Shown piece by piece: positions 1 through 12,895 of a stretch of DNA of 64,000 nucleotides. Source of the stretch: Sphagnum compactum (Eukaryota); the NCBI GenBank assembly GCA_965153455.1, contig OZ234494.1, forward strand, positions 8,184,001 to 8,248,000. The letters run 5' to 3'. Under the pieces are notes generated by a model. The model had not been told where the DNA came from, searched no databases, and worked only from the letters and a program-made list of their open reading frames with translations. Position numbers and translations under genes: made by a program. Numbering within the stretch: position 1 is the stretch's first letter; the number at the start of each line of letters is the position of its first letter.

Positions 1-689
1 TCAATTATGTTTGTTGACTATGAATAAGGTAAGCCCATGACGTGTGCCATTTATATTTGTTATTTAATTATAATTTTTTTAAATTTCAAAGTGTTTGTTT
101 ATTTGTCAAACTTCCATATTCTTGAGTAGTAAATGATGATGCACACCTTCTAGTGGTGTTGCTTACCATCCGTACCAATCGCATTTGTTATGTAAATTTC
201 AATCTTCAAGTATATTCTCATCCTACTACCATGTATTAACACTACGTCAAAATGTGTCCTAGTTCATTTTGGGTTTTATTAGATTTTGAGTGAATTTGAT
301 CATTTTTACCATGGTGAAACTGGTCAACCCTAATGAACAAGGACTAGTTGCTACAGATAATGAATTGGTCCATTAGTACTTAGTGAAACAAAGTTATTTT
401 CAAATGTAATATAAATCTACCAAACCATTTCATTTATTAGTTAATTAATTAGGTAGCATGGAAATCAATTAAATTTAAATTATTTAATATTTTATGTAAT
501 ATTTAATATTATTGATAATTTCATGATTTTAGCTTATGAATTATTGACATGTGTCATTATCTATGTTAAATTTAAAACCTAGCCTAGGTAGATAGGTCAT
601 GTAATCAACCTAAGTAGGCACCTACTCTAAAATACTACATAAGAAAATGTTTAGTCAACTTATCATTGTTGACCATAAACACACCATTT

Positions 690-755
690 GTGAGGCTTGA
701 TCCCGACCTTTAGGATGGAGGCAAACACCTCTACCATTAAGCCACCACACTTGTA
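690..755 (-). mobile_element. tRNA-derived SINE-like head (degenerate)
   Basis: Minus strand reads gtggTGGCTTAATGGtagagg...aaggtcGGGATCAAGCCtcac. This is a Pol III A-box-like motif plus a degenerate B-box at tRNA-like spacing, with no convincing cloverleaf. Confidence 0.35.
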
Positions 756-1054
756 ATGATAATATGTTACATTGCATTCTATTTATCAAATATTTCATTT
801 TAAACATTGAAAAAACATAAACATTGAAAATTCATATCTTATTGAAATTTTGTCTAAATGAAATGATTAAAGTTTAGTTAAATTTTTTTTCAACAATGTA
901 CATAATTACATTTTTTTTTTTTTGAAAGTGTAAAATCATTTGAACAATTTTTTTAAATATCACTATTCAATAACATTTCAATGATCATTTTTTTGAAAAA
1001 GAAAATGTTTAATAAATGGATAAGATTTTTCCTGACATAATAATACTACATATG

Positions 1055-1560
1055 TTAGGCTACTTTCAGCTATTCTAGGGCTACTTTTCATTGTTTTAAA
1101 TTATTTCACCTTACATTATTTACAGCTATTTATAGTTATTCTCCGTTATTTTTAATTATTTTTAATTATTTCACCCTAAGTTACTTTTGATTATTCTAAA
1201 TTATTTTTGGCTATTTTATATTACTTTTGGCTATTTTAAGTTATTTCACCTTAAGCTATTTTCGACTAATACAAGTTAGTTTTGGTGATTTTATGTTATT
1301 TTTGGCTATTGTAGGTTATTTCATTTTAAGTTATTTGAAACTATCATAAGTTATTTTTGGTTATTCTAAGTTATTTCATTGTAGGTTATTTTAAATTATG
1401 TGAAGTTTTTGTTGGTTAATTCTGGCTATTGAACGCTATTTCACCTTATGTTATTATTGGTTATTCTAAGTTATATTACCATAGGTTATTTATGGTTATT
1501 CTATTGCTGGCTATTGGTGCATATTCTTTTGATGCCTACATATTCTATTTGTGGTTATTA
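1055..1560. repeat. Degenerate tandem array of ~20-40 bp AT-rich units (ggctatttt/aagttatttcacct), probably transposon subterminal repeats
   Basis: ttatttcacc, ggctatttt and ggttatt motifs recur more than ten times across ~500 bp. Confidence 0.7.
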
Positions 1561-1838
1561 GAGGATATTTTATTCAAGTCCCAACAATAGCTGCATGGTA
1601 ACATCAAAATTAAATTCATGTAAATGAAGGGAAAAATTAAGGACAAACAAAAACTTATTGTATAATGTCATATTTCCAACAAAAAAGGCATGCATTTTGA
1701 CCTTTCATTAGTGCTACATCCATTATCTTCACTAAATGATCACAATAAATCTTTAAATAAAAACTAACTATGGAACTGTTATGAGTATTTTTCCTAAATT
1801 ATTCACAAAAATGAAGAGATAGTATTATCCGGACCAAT

Positions 1839-2559
1839 TTATTCATTATTGCCATCAACGTCGCCATATAATCTACAGATAACATGCACTTCCAGAGGTG
1901 GATTATGGATTAAGTCATCAAGTTTTGGAAAACATCCTATGTCTATAGGGTGATATAATGTCATGGAACGTCCGTTGTAGCCATCTTGTGTGCAAGATTC
2001 CACATACGCATGGATGGTAAGATGGTCGATCACCCCAAGGTTAATATGTGTGAGTATGTTTGACATTTACTCTTCGTCATCACAATCAACAAGGACAAGG
2101 AACTTGTGTAGATTCACGATCAAAATGCGATCTCTAAGATTATACTCCCATGCCCTATCTTCCCCTGATCCTAAAGTTGTAAGGATATGAGATTGAGCAC
2201 GTAAGGGCACACTCATCATGCCTGTAACGTTGATTTTTTGCTTTTGCAAAAATAAGATTGTGAGAATGATAATATTTTGAAACAAATTGACATAAGATGG
2301 GTACATGTTACATGATTAGTAATCAACCTTAACGTCATTAAAAGGATTTGCAATAACAAAAAATAAAATATGCATATTTGTTGACAAGCGAGCTTCTCAA
2401 TAATGTAGACAAGGAATCAGGGTTATGCAATTTGCCAAAGAGTAGGAAAATTCAAAACTTATGCACGAGTCCAGAATTATGTTGTTCCAGATTTGTGCCC
2501 GGCCGAAGAGTCCAATCACAAATTTCACACCAAATTCTTTGGGCAATCGCCGAATCCAT
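1839..2559 (-). pseudogene. Disrupted gene encoding an N-terminal U1/matrin-type C2H2 zinc finger
   Basis: ATG at 2559 gives MDSAIAQRIWCEICDWTLRPGTNLEQHNSGLVHKF* (C-x2-C-x12-H-x5-H), with an in-frame TGA at 2452-2454. A ttacag acceptor precedes 2221 and leads into ORFs 2067-2306 and 1839-2066, which are in one frame separated by a single TAA. Confidence 0.55.
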
Positions 2560-5500
2560 GAGGACGGCTGTCACAACACGAATTTCAACTATAAACGGTG
2601 AAAAATTTAAGATGACGGGTTCACAAGGTTTTGTTTTTTAAGAATCGAAGGTGAACACCTCCTGAATGCCAATTGGCCTGTACAGACCGCGATCAACATT
2701 GATCGAACGGTTTGTAATGCCATACAAGCCCGTCAGGAGGTGTACATCGGCGATAAATAAAAAATATGCCTAACATTGCAGAGTTGGGTGAAGGTTCAGC
2801 AGAGTGAGAATAAAACACCGATGACAGAGATAGTGCAATGGAAAAAAAAGGCAACATCAGACAAACTGGATCTTCAACACGGTTGCATCAGATCTTTGCA
2901 AGGGGAATTGGAAGGGTGGAAGCAGAGAGCACAGACAAGTACCAATGACTCATAAGAGATATCCTCAACTTCTACTGACTAAACAAGGTGAAACCATTAA
3001 GTGTTTGAAAATTCAACAAGTTCACCAATATAAAGCCTACGTATTTCCACAAAGACACACAAATGGCAAGAGATCCAGATCCACGTGACGTTACATTTCC
3101 TGTTTGAAACCCACCAGAATTTTTTCACACAACCAAAACTAAGAATATGGCCAGGAACAAATTTTTTCTAGTTGATCCTTAGCCCCAATGGCCCATAAGT
3201 CTTTTACAAAGAACACCACGATAGTTTTCAACTCGCTACATAATATAAACATATAAGTTTCAACAATAAACCAACTTACAATGGTGACATTTGCTTCTCA
3301 TAAGATTAATTACATGTGATACAAATCAACTGGTTGCCATTGAGTATATGAACTGTTCGTCGAAAATGTAAAACATGGACACGTCATGTTTTAGAATTTA
3401 AAATCAGCAAAAAAAGATTTGAGACCACACAAACTTGAATTTTATACCCAATTCACAAATTAACATGAACTTATTCACTTTAAAATTAGTTCATAGTTGA
3501 ATTACATATTAAATAAAATTAAGTTAATTATGTTAGACAATTTAAATTAGACATAATTAATTTAAACATAATTATATAACTAATTGTAACCACATAACAA
3601 ATCTAAGAAAAATGTGATAGGTATAATCCAAATGTAGTTAAGTTTCTTCAGCAATGTGAGGCCATTTATCACATCATCCATAATGTTTTTAAGGCTTCTG
3701 TTGTCCATTTGATTTTTACATTGTAATTAATTTTTTTTTAATCTTTCAACTAATTGTCAATGTTTTATACAAGTTGTGTTAATACATTTTCTTTGTTAGT
3801 AGCTTTTAATTTTAACATGTCAATCCTTCTTTTGTGCGACACATTGAGTAATATGATTATTTTAATCTTATTGGTGTTAGCTTTTAACGGATTAAAGGGT
3901 TTATGTTTAAACTTGATAGAAGGTATGTTTTTAATTATTTAAAAATCATACCAAGATCATAATGATTCAATTAATGTAAAAAATGTTTAAAATATGTTCT
4001 TTTGTTTATGAGCTTTTAGAAATAATATCAAAGAAGCGATGAATTTAAAAAATTTGCTCATAGTAGATTCTTATTTAATGTTAATGTGTAGGTAATGAAT
4101 GTGAATTTTATACCACAATTGAAGAGAATTTGGAGAAATTTGTGAAATTGAATTCTAATATTTTATTTTGTTTCTATTCGTACGTCTATAGACAACCAAT
4201 AAGAATATATGAACTTGAGATACTTTTCATTATATAATTTGTTTATAACAACAATTTGCACTCATCACCTTTGTCCTTTACCTTAACATTTATGGTTTTG
4301 TTTAATTTTATTATTTTAATTAATGTTTTAAATTTGATTTTTATTGTAGTCTTTTTGATTTTTTGTATGTTTGATCTTTAATAAGTTTACAATAGGTTCA
4401 AAGTCACATTTTAAACTTACATTTTTGTTATCATTCATTATATGTAATAAGATATTAGAATTTTAAAATCCTCTAAAAATTCTTTTTAATATTATTTAAA
4501 AGTTTTGACATGTTATTTAGGCATACATGAAAATATAATAATACTTGCAAATAAATTAAAATAATGATTTGGAACAAAATTGAAATGGTAAATTTTAATG
4601 AAAAAAAGAAGTAATGTAAAAATGATTTATAAACCAATAAGGTATCCAACATTATTGAAACATTTAAAATTTAAATGTTAAATTTACCATTTCAATTGCC
4701 ATTTCATAATTAAGGTATTTGGTTTATATATTTTTATCCAAAATAGATTCATTTAAAACTAAACATTTAAATTGGTTTTCTCACATCTTTCTAAAAAAAA
4801 AAATTGTTTTAAATAAATGAATACAAATCACACCCATTTTTAAACATTCATACATCAATATTGATGTGTCTTGATTTCTATTCCAAATTTATTTTTTTCA
4901 AATTTTAAATATATTGCACAACCATTTTTATACATTCATAATTCGATATTGATTTTTATTCAAAATATGTTTTTCAACTTTTAAATACACTACACACTCA
5001 TTTTTAAACACTCATACTTCAATATTGATGAGTCTTTATTTTTATTCGAAATATATATATTTCAATTTCTAAAGACATTGCACACCCATTTCGAAACATT
5101 TTTCTTCAATTATGGTGTTTAACTTATTTTAATGAGGTTTAAAAAAAAAACACATACTTCTCAAGGTGTGTATGGCTATCCCTTTAAATTAAACACAAAT
5201 ATTTCATCAATAATGAGGTTTATCTTTTAGAAAAATATATTTTTTCAAAGTGGATATGTTGGCCAACACAACTATGGTTTTAATAACGTGATTCCTATTT
5301 TAATGAAAACACGTTTATTTTTCAAGGTGCATATGGTTAGCCCTTTAAACAATACAAAATTGTTTTTAAATTGGTGGGTTTTTTCAATACAAAAGTGTAT
5401 ATATATATATGACATGAATATGGTTCAAACGCATTGCCAAATGTTTAGTGATAAAATTGCCAATGAATGGTGGTAGGTGGTTTGTAATATTTCGATTTTA

Positions 5501-8500
5501 AGCATTTGTTTGATCCATAAAGATATTAGGTAATAGAAAAATGTTTGATAATGGGATGTTTTACCTTAGTCAAATTAAACAAATTCAAACAGGAGATGCA
5601 TAACATCATACTTTCTTTTGTTCTAGATTAATACCGATGCTATTTAATACCAATAGTTATTTTATTATTTCAAATTTAAATGAAAAAAAAAAAAAAAAAC
5701 TTCACAATCATCGTTTGTTAAAAATGTACCAATTACGTTTGATATAATGTTTATTGCTATAAACATAGATATAAAGGAAATTCAATGTGTTTTGGAATGG
5801 ATCACACAAGGTCAATTAAAATATGATTAATCAACTAAAATGAGTGTAAATGACATTTGCAAAGTGTAATGGCTATTTTAGGTTTGAACTCATCAACAAA
5901 TTTCTTTGTACTTATATTCATGCTAATATAAACCATAATTTCAAAGCTAATATTTGTAACCATATAATCTTGATCAATTTTAACTTTAGGTTTGGATTTG
6001 AAATGAAATACGAAAGTTAAGATGGATAAAAATAAAATGTAAGGTTTTAAAAGAATAAAAAACACATTCCTTTTTTCAAACAGTGGAGGTCAAATTAATG
6101 TAGAATTTAACAATTGAAGTTATACATAAATGTTTTATAGTTTCTTGTTAAAAGAATGTTAACATAGAATTGATGGAATTCATATGGATCAAAAATATTA
6201 AAAATTGTATTTTAATGTTTTCATCCTAAACATAGGAGTTTCATTTTGGAATTTAAAAAAAAAAAGACATTTTGGGCTACAATTAAACCATTCTATTGTT
6301 TGTTACATATAATGAATTTTTATAAATCCTACCAATATGGGAAACTTTTTAAAAAGACGGGTTCATTGTATGCATTTGTTTTTTGAATACAAATAGGGAA
6401 ATAATATAATAGAGAAATTATATACCATGGTTATTCAACCATAACTCATTGTATTGTGTCAATTTTGTATTTGATATAAAATGACAAAAACAAGGGACAA
6501 GAAATAACAAAAAATGTTAATAAGGTTTTAAGTTGGAAGAGATAAATTCAATCTAAATGTGTATGGTCAGTTCAAAGTTAAAAGACCACTTGCTTTTAAA
6601 ATTGGTGAAAGATTTTCTACCATTTGATTTTGTTCACTCTAAAAAGAGAAATCATTTGACCTTTAATAAGGTGAATGATCTTGTCTTTTCGCTACACTTC
6701 ATTAGGTTACAATGTTTTTGAAGTTTTTTTTTGTTTATCATCTCCATGAGTGAGAACAAGTTCAAAAAATCAAAAATCATGTCAAATCCCTACAACATGT
6801 TATATACACATATATTCATTTTCATATGAAACTCATGGGAAGTAGTCTTAAATGATTAATATGAATGTTGAGGGTTCAAAATTAAATTTGTTTTAGAATT
6901 AAATTTTACGTTTTGCTTTTTAAGACTTTGAACTTGAACAAAAAAAACCCATGTTAAACAAGGACAATTTCACAAAGGACAAGATTAAACACTCTCAATA
7001 ATTTTTTTTTTTACTAATACAAACCAAGATGCTAAATTAGCCTATTATTCAAATTCAAGGAACTCACAATATACTCGATATGAAATTTTTTAAAGGTTTG
7101 AAATCTCTTTTGAAATTTCATAATTTCAATTTTTTTTTTTCCCACATGTAATTGGAACGTAATGCACACTTAAAACAAAATTGAAACGTATAATACAAAA
7201 AATTAACATATTTTGAGATTATTTCAAATTTGATCATTTTTCAAAACAAAACATAAAATCTAACAAAATTTATGAACTTTTTAAACTTTCATATTTATTC
7301 AACAATGATTAATACAAAACATGTAATAATTAAGAAAATCATAAACATTTTTATAACAAGTTGTAAGATACTTTATTCAAAAACCTTCTTTTTATGAAAA
7401 AAATCATTTCAATAAAAATATTATAGTTCTTGGGGTAGAAGTAAAACACATTGCCTCATTTGAACTCATATAGACCCATAAAGTTCTCACGGAGTTCAAA
7501 ATAATTCTAGATTCTTTTATATGGCTAAATTACACACTTGGCATACTTCGACTTTTGATACATCATGTATTCACAAACTCATTGGTGACTCAAATTCTAG
7601 TATTCATATGTTATTCTCTATAACCTTGACTCATGCAAGATACTAAATCAACAACGTGTGTCGATTCACCTCAATATTGCAAATTCTTTGTTTAAGGAAC
7701 AATATCTTAAAATGAATTAATTTGAGGTGCACCGGGCAGAGTACCTCCTCTTTAGTTAGTCACACTGAATACTTCATTGAAGATGTGATGCAACCCAAAC
7801 CTAGTTCAGGTGCAGAACAGACTTTCTAGAGTCTATATGCACTTCTCGGCCAACATTTTCATGGAGAGACATTCCTAAAAAATTGGAAGCTCAGACCACA
7901 AAATGAATGCACTCAAAAGAGAAGGTTTAGTGAGTATACACTACACACCTCTTCAAGGCTTTTCAAAGTTGTGAGTATGCAGCTTCCATTCGCAACAAGC
8001 ACACCACAACGTTCCCTTTCAACCACATGGAAGAATCCAAGTTCCTACACCTACATCCACCAAGAAATGAAGCAAACCTATCTCAAGAAGGTGAAGCTAA
8101 GAAATCCCTTGACTCTATCAGCAGAAGAATCAACAATGAATTTGACAATGAATCCAGTAAGTTAAGAAGTGGGCAACAATTCCTTCATCTCATTGCTTAA
8201 AGTTGTGCTCATCATACAGTAATCTTGAGAGAGAGAGAGAGAGAGAGAGCTTACAAAGAAGGAAGTATTGAGAGTGTGACTTGAAGATTGGCATGCCAAA
8301 TCATCATGGGTGCTCTTGTACAATTCTGCAATTGTGGAAAGTCCCACCCAACTCAAAGCTTCATTGCTGTTTGCACTCTTCATGTTTTGGTTCAAACTGA
8401 ACATCACAATGTTATAATCAGTTGCCAGTTCAGTTGACACTCAAATGCCTAATTGAGTCACCATGGGATCTGGTTTGAGAGGGCAGTGATGGATAAGACA

Positions 8501-9052
8501 GTGCTCCACTTTCAAATGTCCTCTGGTACCATAGAAGCAAAGTTTGATTTCGAAGGGGACCCATGTCTTGTGGTTGGCTACTCATCGAGCAAAAGCCTTT
8601 CCCGTGAAGGGTGAATTGCCAACAATTTGGTATCCTCAAGAACAGCCATATTTGCATGTTCCTTGAGTCTGTGAAATGTGGAGCAATTGGAAGCTTAACA
8701 CTACACAATTGCCTCAAACCTAGATGACAGTTTAACAAATAATCTAACTACGAAGGTAGGACTTTCAAATTCAAATCCTTTTTGGTAAAATGCACTCTTG
8801 TGAGCAGGATATTGTTCCTGATGGAACCCGAGGTATAAATCAACTGCAGGTCAGGACTCTATTGACTGACTACTACCAACATACATCCGGGTGTAAGTGT
8901 CAATGCAATAAGCTAGTTTCTTGTGTGGATTCTGATCTGAATAGAGAGAAATGAGTCTTCTGCTACAGATGGGAGGACACCCAAGAAACAAGGGACTGTC
9001 ATGTGTTGGTGTAGCTTGCATTGAACAAGAATGGTGCAGTGGCAAGAACAAG

Positions 9053-12000
9053 CTAGCTTGAAGATGTATTCCTCATCTGAATGCTGAAGGGAAGGATCCC
9101 ATTACAAGACACCAGAGCATCAATATTGATATCTGTGGAAGTCATTGGCACCAAGTCCTCTTGTATCTGCACATTGTATGCCAGTGCAACTGCATACCAC
9201 CACCCCCTAATTAACAAGTGCATGCATTTTGAGTTACTAGAGCTTAGTCTTGGCAATTGTACTGTACAACCTTCCATGCTTCTGCTTCAAATAACATATG
9301 GCACAAAGTGCACACTGAGCAGGGAGAGAAGTCAAAGAATGACTAGATTGGGCAGCAAGCTGTACACTAAACAAAATTCTCAAGGGCAGGAGAGAGACAT
9401 AAATCTCACCTAGCCATGGTTGTTTCCATCCTTTGTCTTTGGCAAGAAGCAGATAGTTTTGAAGAAACAAATCATAGTACCTGCCACAGAACCGATTTGA
9501 ACACAGAGGTTCAGACCAAACTTCAGTCCTGATTAGAAGGTCTTTATGAGCGTGCAGTCAAGTACACAGAGATAGGGTCTTCCTTCAGCCTGATCCTGAG
9601 AATGTACAACATACAGACCTAAGAAAGCACAATAAAATTTCCTTTCTGTGAGCAATGTAGCAAGGGCCTCCAACTCTTCCTCCTTCTGGGATAGTATAAA
9701 AGCCTGCACAAACTTCATAGGAGGAATTCTGCTCTGTTCTTAACACTCACCCTCCACCTCGGCCAAGGCGCCCACCTTTTTTATCAAATGCTAATCCTGC
9801 TCCAAAATACACAGGCCCAGATCAACCTATCAAGCTTGTAGCATGTCCAGGGCTTTTTTCTTTTTGAAATTCCTCAAGTAGGTCCACTGGCAAGGATCCC
9901 CAGCATTAATTAGCATTAAATGGTGACTGTCCTAGGTGGGCTGTAGCATTTTTACAAAAGTGCTGCTACAAGTGGTGACCTAGGAAGTGCCTAGGTCTAG
10001 ATGTGGCTAATTTAATTATTTTTATTTCCAAAAATGGCAAAAAAATAGAAGTCATAATTTTTTTATGTTTGGTTTTTCAGTTTCTGGAAAAAGATTTACC
10101 AGTTGCGAAATTTCGCCACAAAAATAAAACACTGAGCATGTCATTTTCAAGAAGCCTTGATCATGCCTGGCCTTGCATTGTCATACACTTCGCATAAAAA
10201 CTAGTACGAAAGCTAAAATCAGTGTAACAAATTTTGGGAGTTGTAAGTATGAGACAGTACATGAAAGCGGATGTACCTGGAAGTAAAAATAAGTCCACAG
10301 GCTCATTACTCTGCATCACTTTTAGCATCCCACCACCCACCAAACCCGTATGTTTATCAGACCAACAGCCCTGAATTGGATACCAGTCTTGCCAAACGGC
10401 CTCCTCCCAATTGCTGACACTACTACACAGAAAAGCTTGCCATGACGGTGCAAATATAGTACAACTATCACATATCTCTGAAATTGCAGAAATATCTCCA
10501 CAACAATAATTTGAAGGACACATGACAATGCATGCAGTCATGACCTTATGAGAGTTGCTCACAAAGTGTCAGAGCATCAATTCATCACAAATAGCAGTGA
10601 CAAGCTGCCAATGACTACCCATTGACTTCATCAGCTCACAAAGATGGGTGTAGGCAAGTATGCAATAATCCACCCAAAATTTGGGCAAGACCATTATACA
10701 AAATCTGTCCTAAGTTTCTGTCACAAGTTCTGGAAGTGATGGGAGACTCAGTCATCATGTTGGCTAGCACTCAAGAGACATATACAATGATAGTATCACA
10801 TCACTCTGCAGACAAGTTATCACAACCTCACCAGGCTTTAATCATCAAGTTCAACCAGGCAATCATTGTACAAGAACGGTGAAAGATATATACCAAAACA
10901 CCCAACTTCTTCACTGGGGCTGAGCATTCAACTGATGCAGCAGCAACTGATCAAACCAATGGAATCGATTTACAGGCAAAATGAAACCTTACTGTTAGCT
11001 CGAGGATCACCCAAATGCATCAATGGTGTGGGTTCCCGGATATTCATGGAGTTGGCCACCAGGTCTTCATCAGTGTTGGTTATGTGCAGCATGCACATGT
11101 GGCTCTCTTTATCCTCAATGCGTGGCACATATACTTTCTTTTCTGTTAACCAAATAGGTACGCATATTGTTAGCCAAGCTTTACACCTTTCAGCAGCAGG
11201 GACTGTCATCAGCATATGCCATGGCAATTGATGCTGTGGGGCTGGTGATACAGGGATACAGAAACAGACGACAACAAAGTTGTGTTGTTCCATGCAATCA
11301 TTCCAAGAAAGCTCCACAGAACAAGCTGCAACCCTCCAAAGAACAATCTTCTGCAGCTCTCCACAGAACAACTGGCAGCAACTCTTCAAAGAACAATCTG
11401 CTGCAACTCTCCACAGAAAAACCTACAAATCCCTACTGAAACCCAGCACCTCTCCAAAGAACAATCCACTGCAACTCTCCACAGAAAAACCTACAAATCT
11501 CTACTGAACCCAGCACCTCTCCAAAGAACAATCTGTTGCAACTCTCCACAGAAAAACCTACAAATCTCTACAGAACCCACCACCTCTGCAAAGAATATAG
11601 TCTACAACTCTCCACAGAACAACATGTGTACAGTTTTTAAGGAACACGATCTCCCTCACTCACTCACACCTGGAAACTCATGTTGTCGTTGCAACAAACA
11701 GGCCATGATCTTGGAGGTTTCAACCTCCTGCAGTCTTGCACAGCTCACATATGCACAGACTCTTTGGCTATTTCTAAACCAATCTGCTGCCAGCACATGC
11801 TTCTGGATTGCTTCATCTGAAAATTCCCCCCCACGCCCCCCCCCCCCCCCAAAAAAAAAACAACAACCAAGAAGCCCTTTCTCATGAGGTGGGCAGACTT
11901 GAGTAGAGCTTGGGATTTAGAGCAAGGGTAGTTCCGGTAGTAATCAATGTATGGCGATGGAAGGTTTAGGGTTTAGAGTTTCATGATACCAGGTTTAAAG

Positions 12001-12313
12001 CAAGGGGTAGTTTAGGGTTTAGAGAGCCTTTCGTTTGTGTGCAAGCAAAATCTGGTAGCAATCAATGTATGGCGATGGGTAAAGAAAAGCTTGAGGGGGA
12101 AAGGATGAGGCCCCATCAATACATACCTTCTTGTTGCTTGGCAAGTGGAGGAAGAGCACGCAATTGGCGCCGGACCAATGTCCGAAGTGCGTTCTTTTGC
12201 TGCCGCACGGCGTCGAGAGGAGGAGGAGGAGGAGAAGGAGGTCCAGGGATAACAACATGCGTGGCAGCCATCGTCGCTACTAATTTGCACAAGTGCAACC
12301 TCCTCCTCAGCAT
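9053..12313 (-). CDS. 5-FCL: 5-formyltetrahydrofolate cyclo-ligase (MTHFS), probable mitochondrial transit peptide
   Basis: Exons 12313(or 12325)-12127, 11816-11670, 11142-10993, 10318-10277, 9796-9751, 9480-9410, 9189-9053, all with GT-AG junctions in matching phase. Motifs: KNALRTLVRRQL, CAYVS..LQEVET, KKVYVPRIED, VDLFLLPGLAFDKKGGRLGRGGGYYD, VPMTSTDINIDALV. Confidence 0.95.
9848..10134. mobile_element. hAT-type MITE in intron 4 of 5-FCL
   Basis: Ends CAGGGCTTTT...AAAACACTG are flanked by an exact 8-bp direct repeat AGCATGTC (9840-9847 and 10135-10142). An 8-bp TSD is typical of hAT elements. Confidence 0.8.
11310..11625. repeat. Minisatellite (~68-bp unit, ~3 full copies plus partial copies) in intron 2 of 5-FCL
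   Basis: Repeated unit ctccaaagaacaatctgctgcaactctccacagaaaaacctacaaatctctactgaacccagcacct. Confidence 0.9.
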
Positions 12314-12458
12314 TCCAACCTGCATCCACTTCCAAAGCAATCAGAAAAAACATCGGCTACTTCCCGAATCATAAATACCCACAAGAAGAATCCACAACGA
12401 AAAAACATCCAATATAGGCCAGCCTCGGGGGATCAGATCCGCGGTAGCGTCTCGAGTT

Positions 12459-12466
12459 TTAGGGTT
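12459..12466 (-). promoter_or_regulatory. Telo-box (AAACCCTA) upstream of 5-FCL
   Basis: tagggttt on + strand, ~150 bp upstream of the 5-FCL start. Telo-boxes are known plant housekeeping-promoter elements. Confidence 0.4.
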
Positions 12467-12544
12467 TAAGGCTCAACCGGAGTGCACCTGGGCCGATCAC
12501 AGTTTGTTTCCAACGCTTTCTGGCTTTCTTCCAAATAGGTACTG

Positions 12545-12670
12545 ATGACGAAGAAGAAGCTTGTGATCACCATCCTCATTTTGCTTTTTTGGACTTCGTG
12601 TGTACATACCACTATAGCTCGCCATCAGCAGACCACACATATCAGCCTGTGCATAGGCTGCCACGATTAG
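12545..12670 (+). CDS. Candidate small secreted peptide sORF (41 aa)
   Basis: MTKKKLVITILILLFWTSCVHTTIARHQQTTHISLCIGCHD* has a basic n-region, hydrophobic h-region and T-I-A|R cleavage-like site. A pyrimidine-rich acceptor-like ttcttccaaatag lies just upstream. Confidence 0.3.
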   Translation: MTKKKLVITILILLFWTSCVHTTIARHQQTTHISLCIGCHD

Positions 12671-12775
12671 CTACAGTTCTTCATTTCTTCCACACATATC
12701 GGCCAGTGCACGTACATCACTAGCTGATTTGTGACAGAGGATGCCCTTTTAGCATTAGGTCTTCTACTTCATTAC

Positions 12776-12895
12776 TACTGGTTTGATTGTTTTGGTTTGT
12801 TTTTGCGTGTGTTTACATTTGCTTGGACATGGGTGGTACTGGTTTGATTGTTTTGGTTTTCTTTTGGTGTGTTTACAGTTGCTTCGACATGCTAG
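12776..12895. repeat. ~62-bp tandem duplication
   Basis: Two copies of actggtttgattgttttggttt...gtgtgtttaca.ttgctt.gacatg. Confidence 0.85.

Noticed and set aside
8585..8665. VLEDTKLLAIH resembles histone H3 LFEDTNLCAIH
   Set aside because: The match is short, spacing to upstream H3 residues is wrong, and no other H3 sequence is present.
9081..9718. + strand ORFs initially suggestive of an endogenous viral element
   Set aside because: They are antisense or intronic to the 5-FCL exons, which explain the coding-like composition.
11282..11887. 201-aa repeat ORF; possible CRISPR-like array
   Set aside because: It is the product of an intronic minisatellite. The units are contiguous with no unique spacers, in a eukaryotic context.
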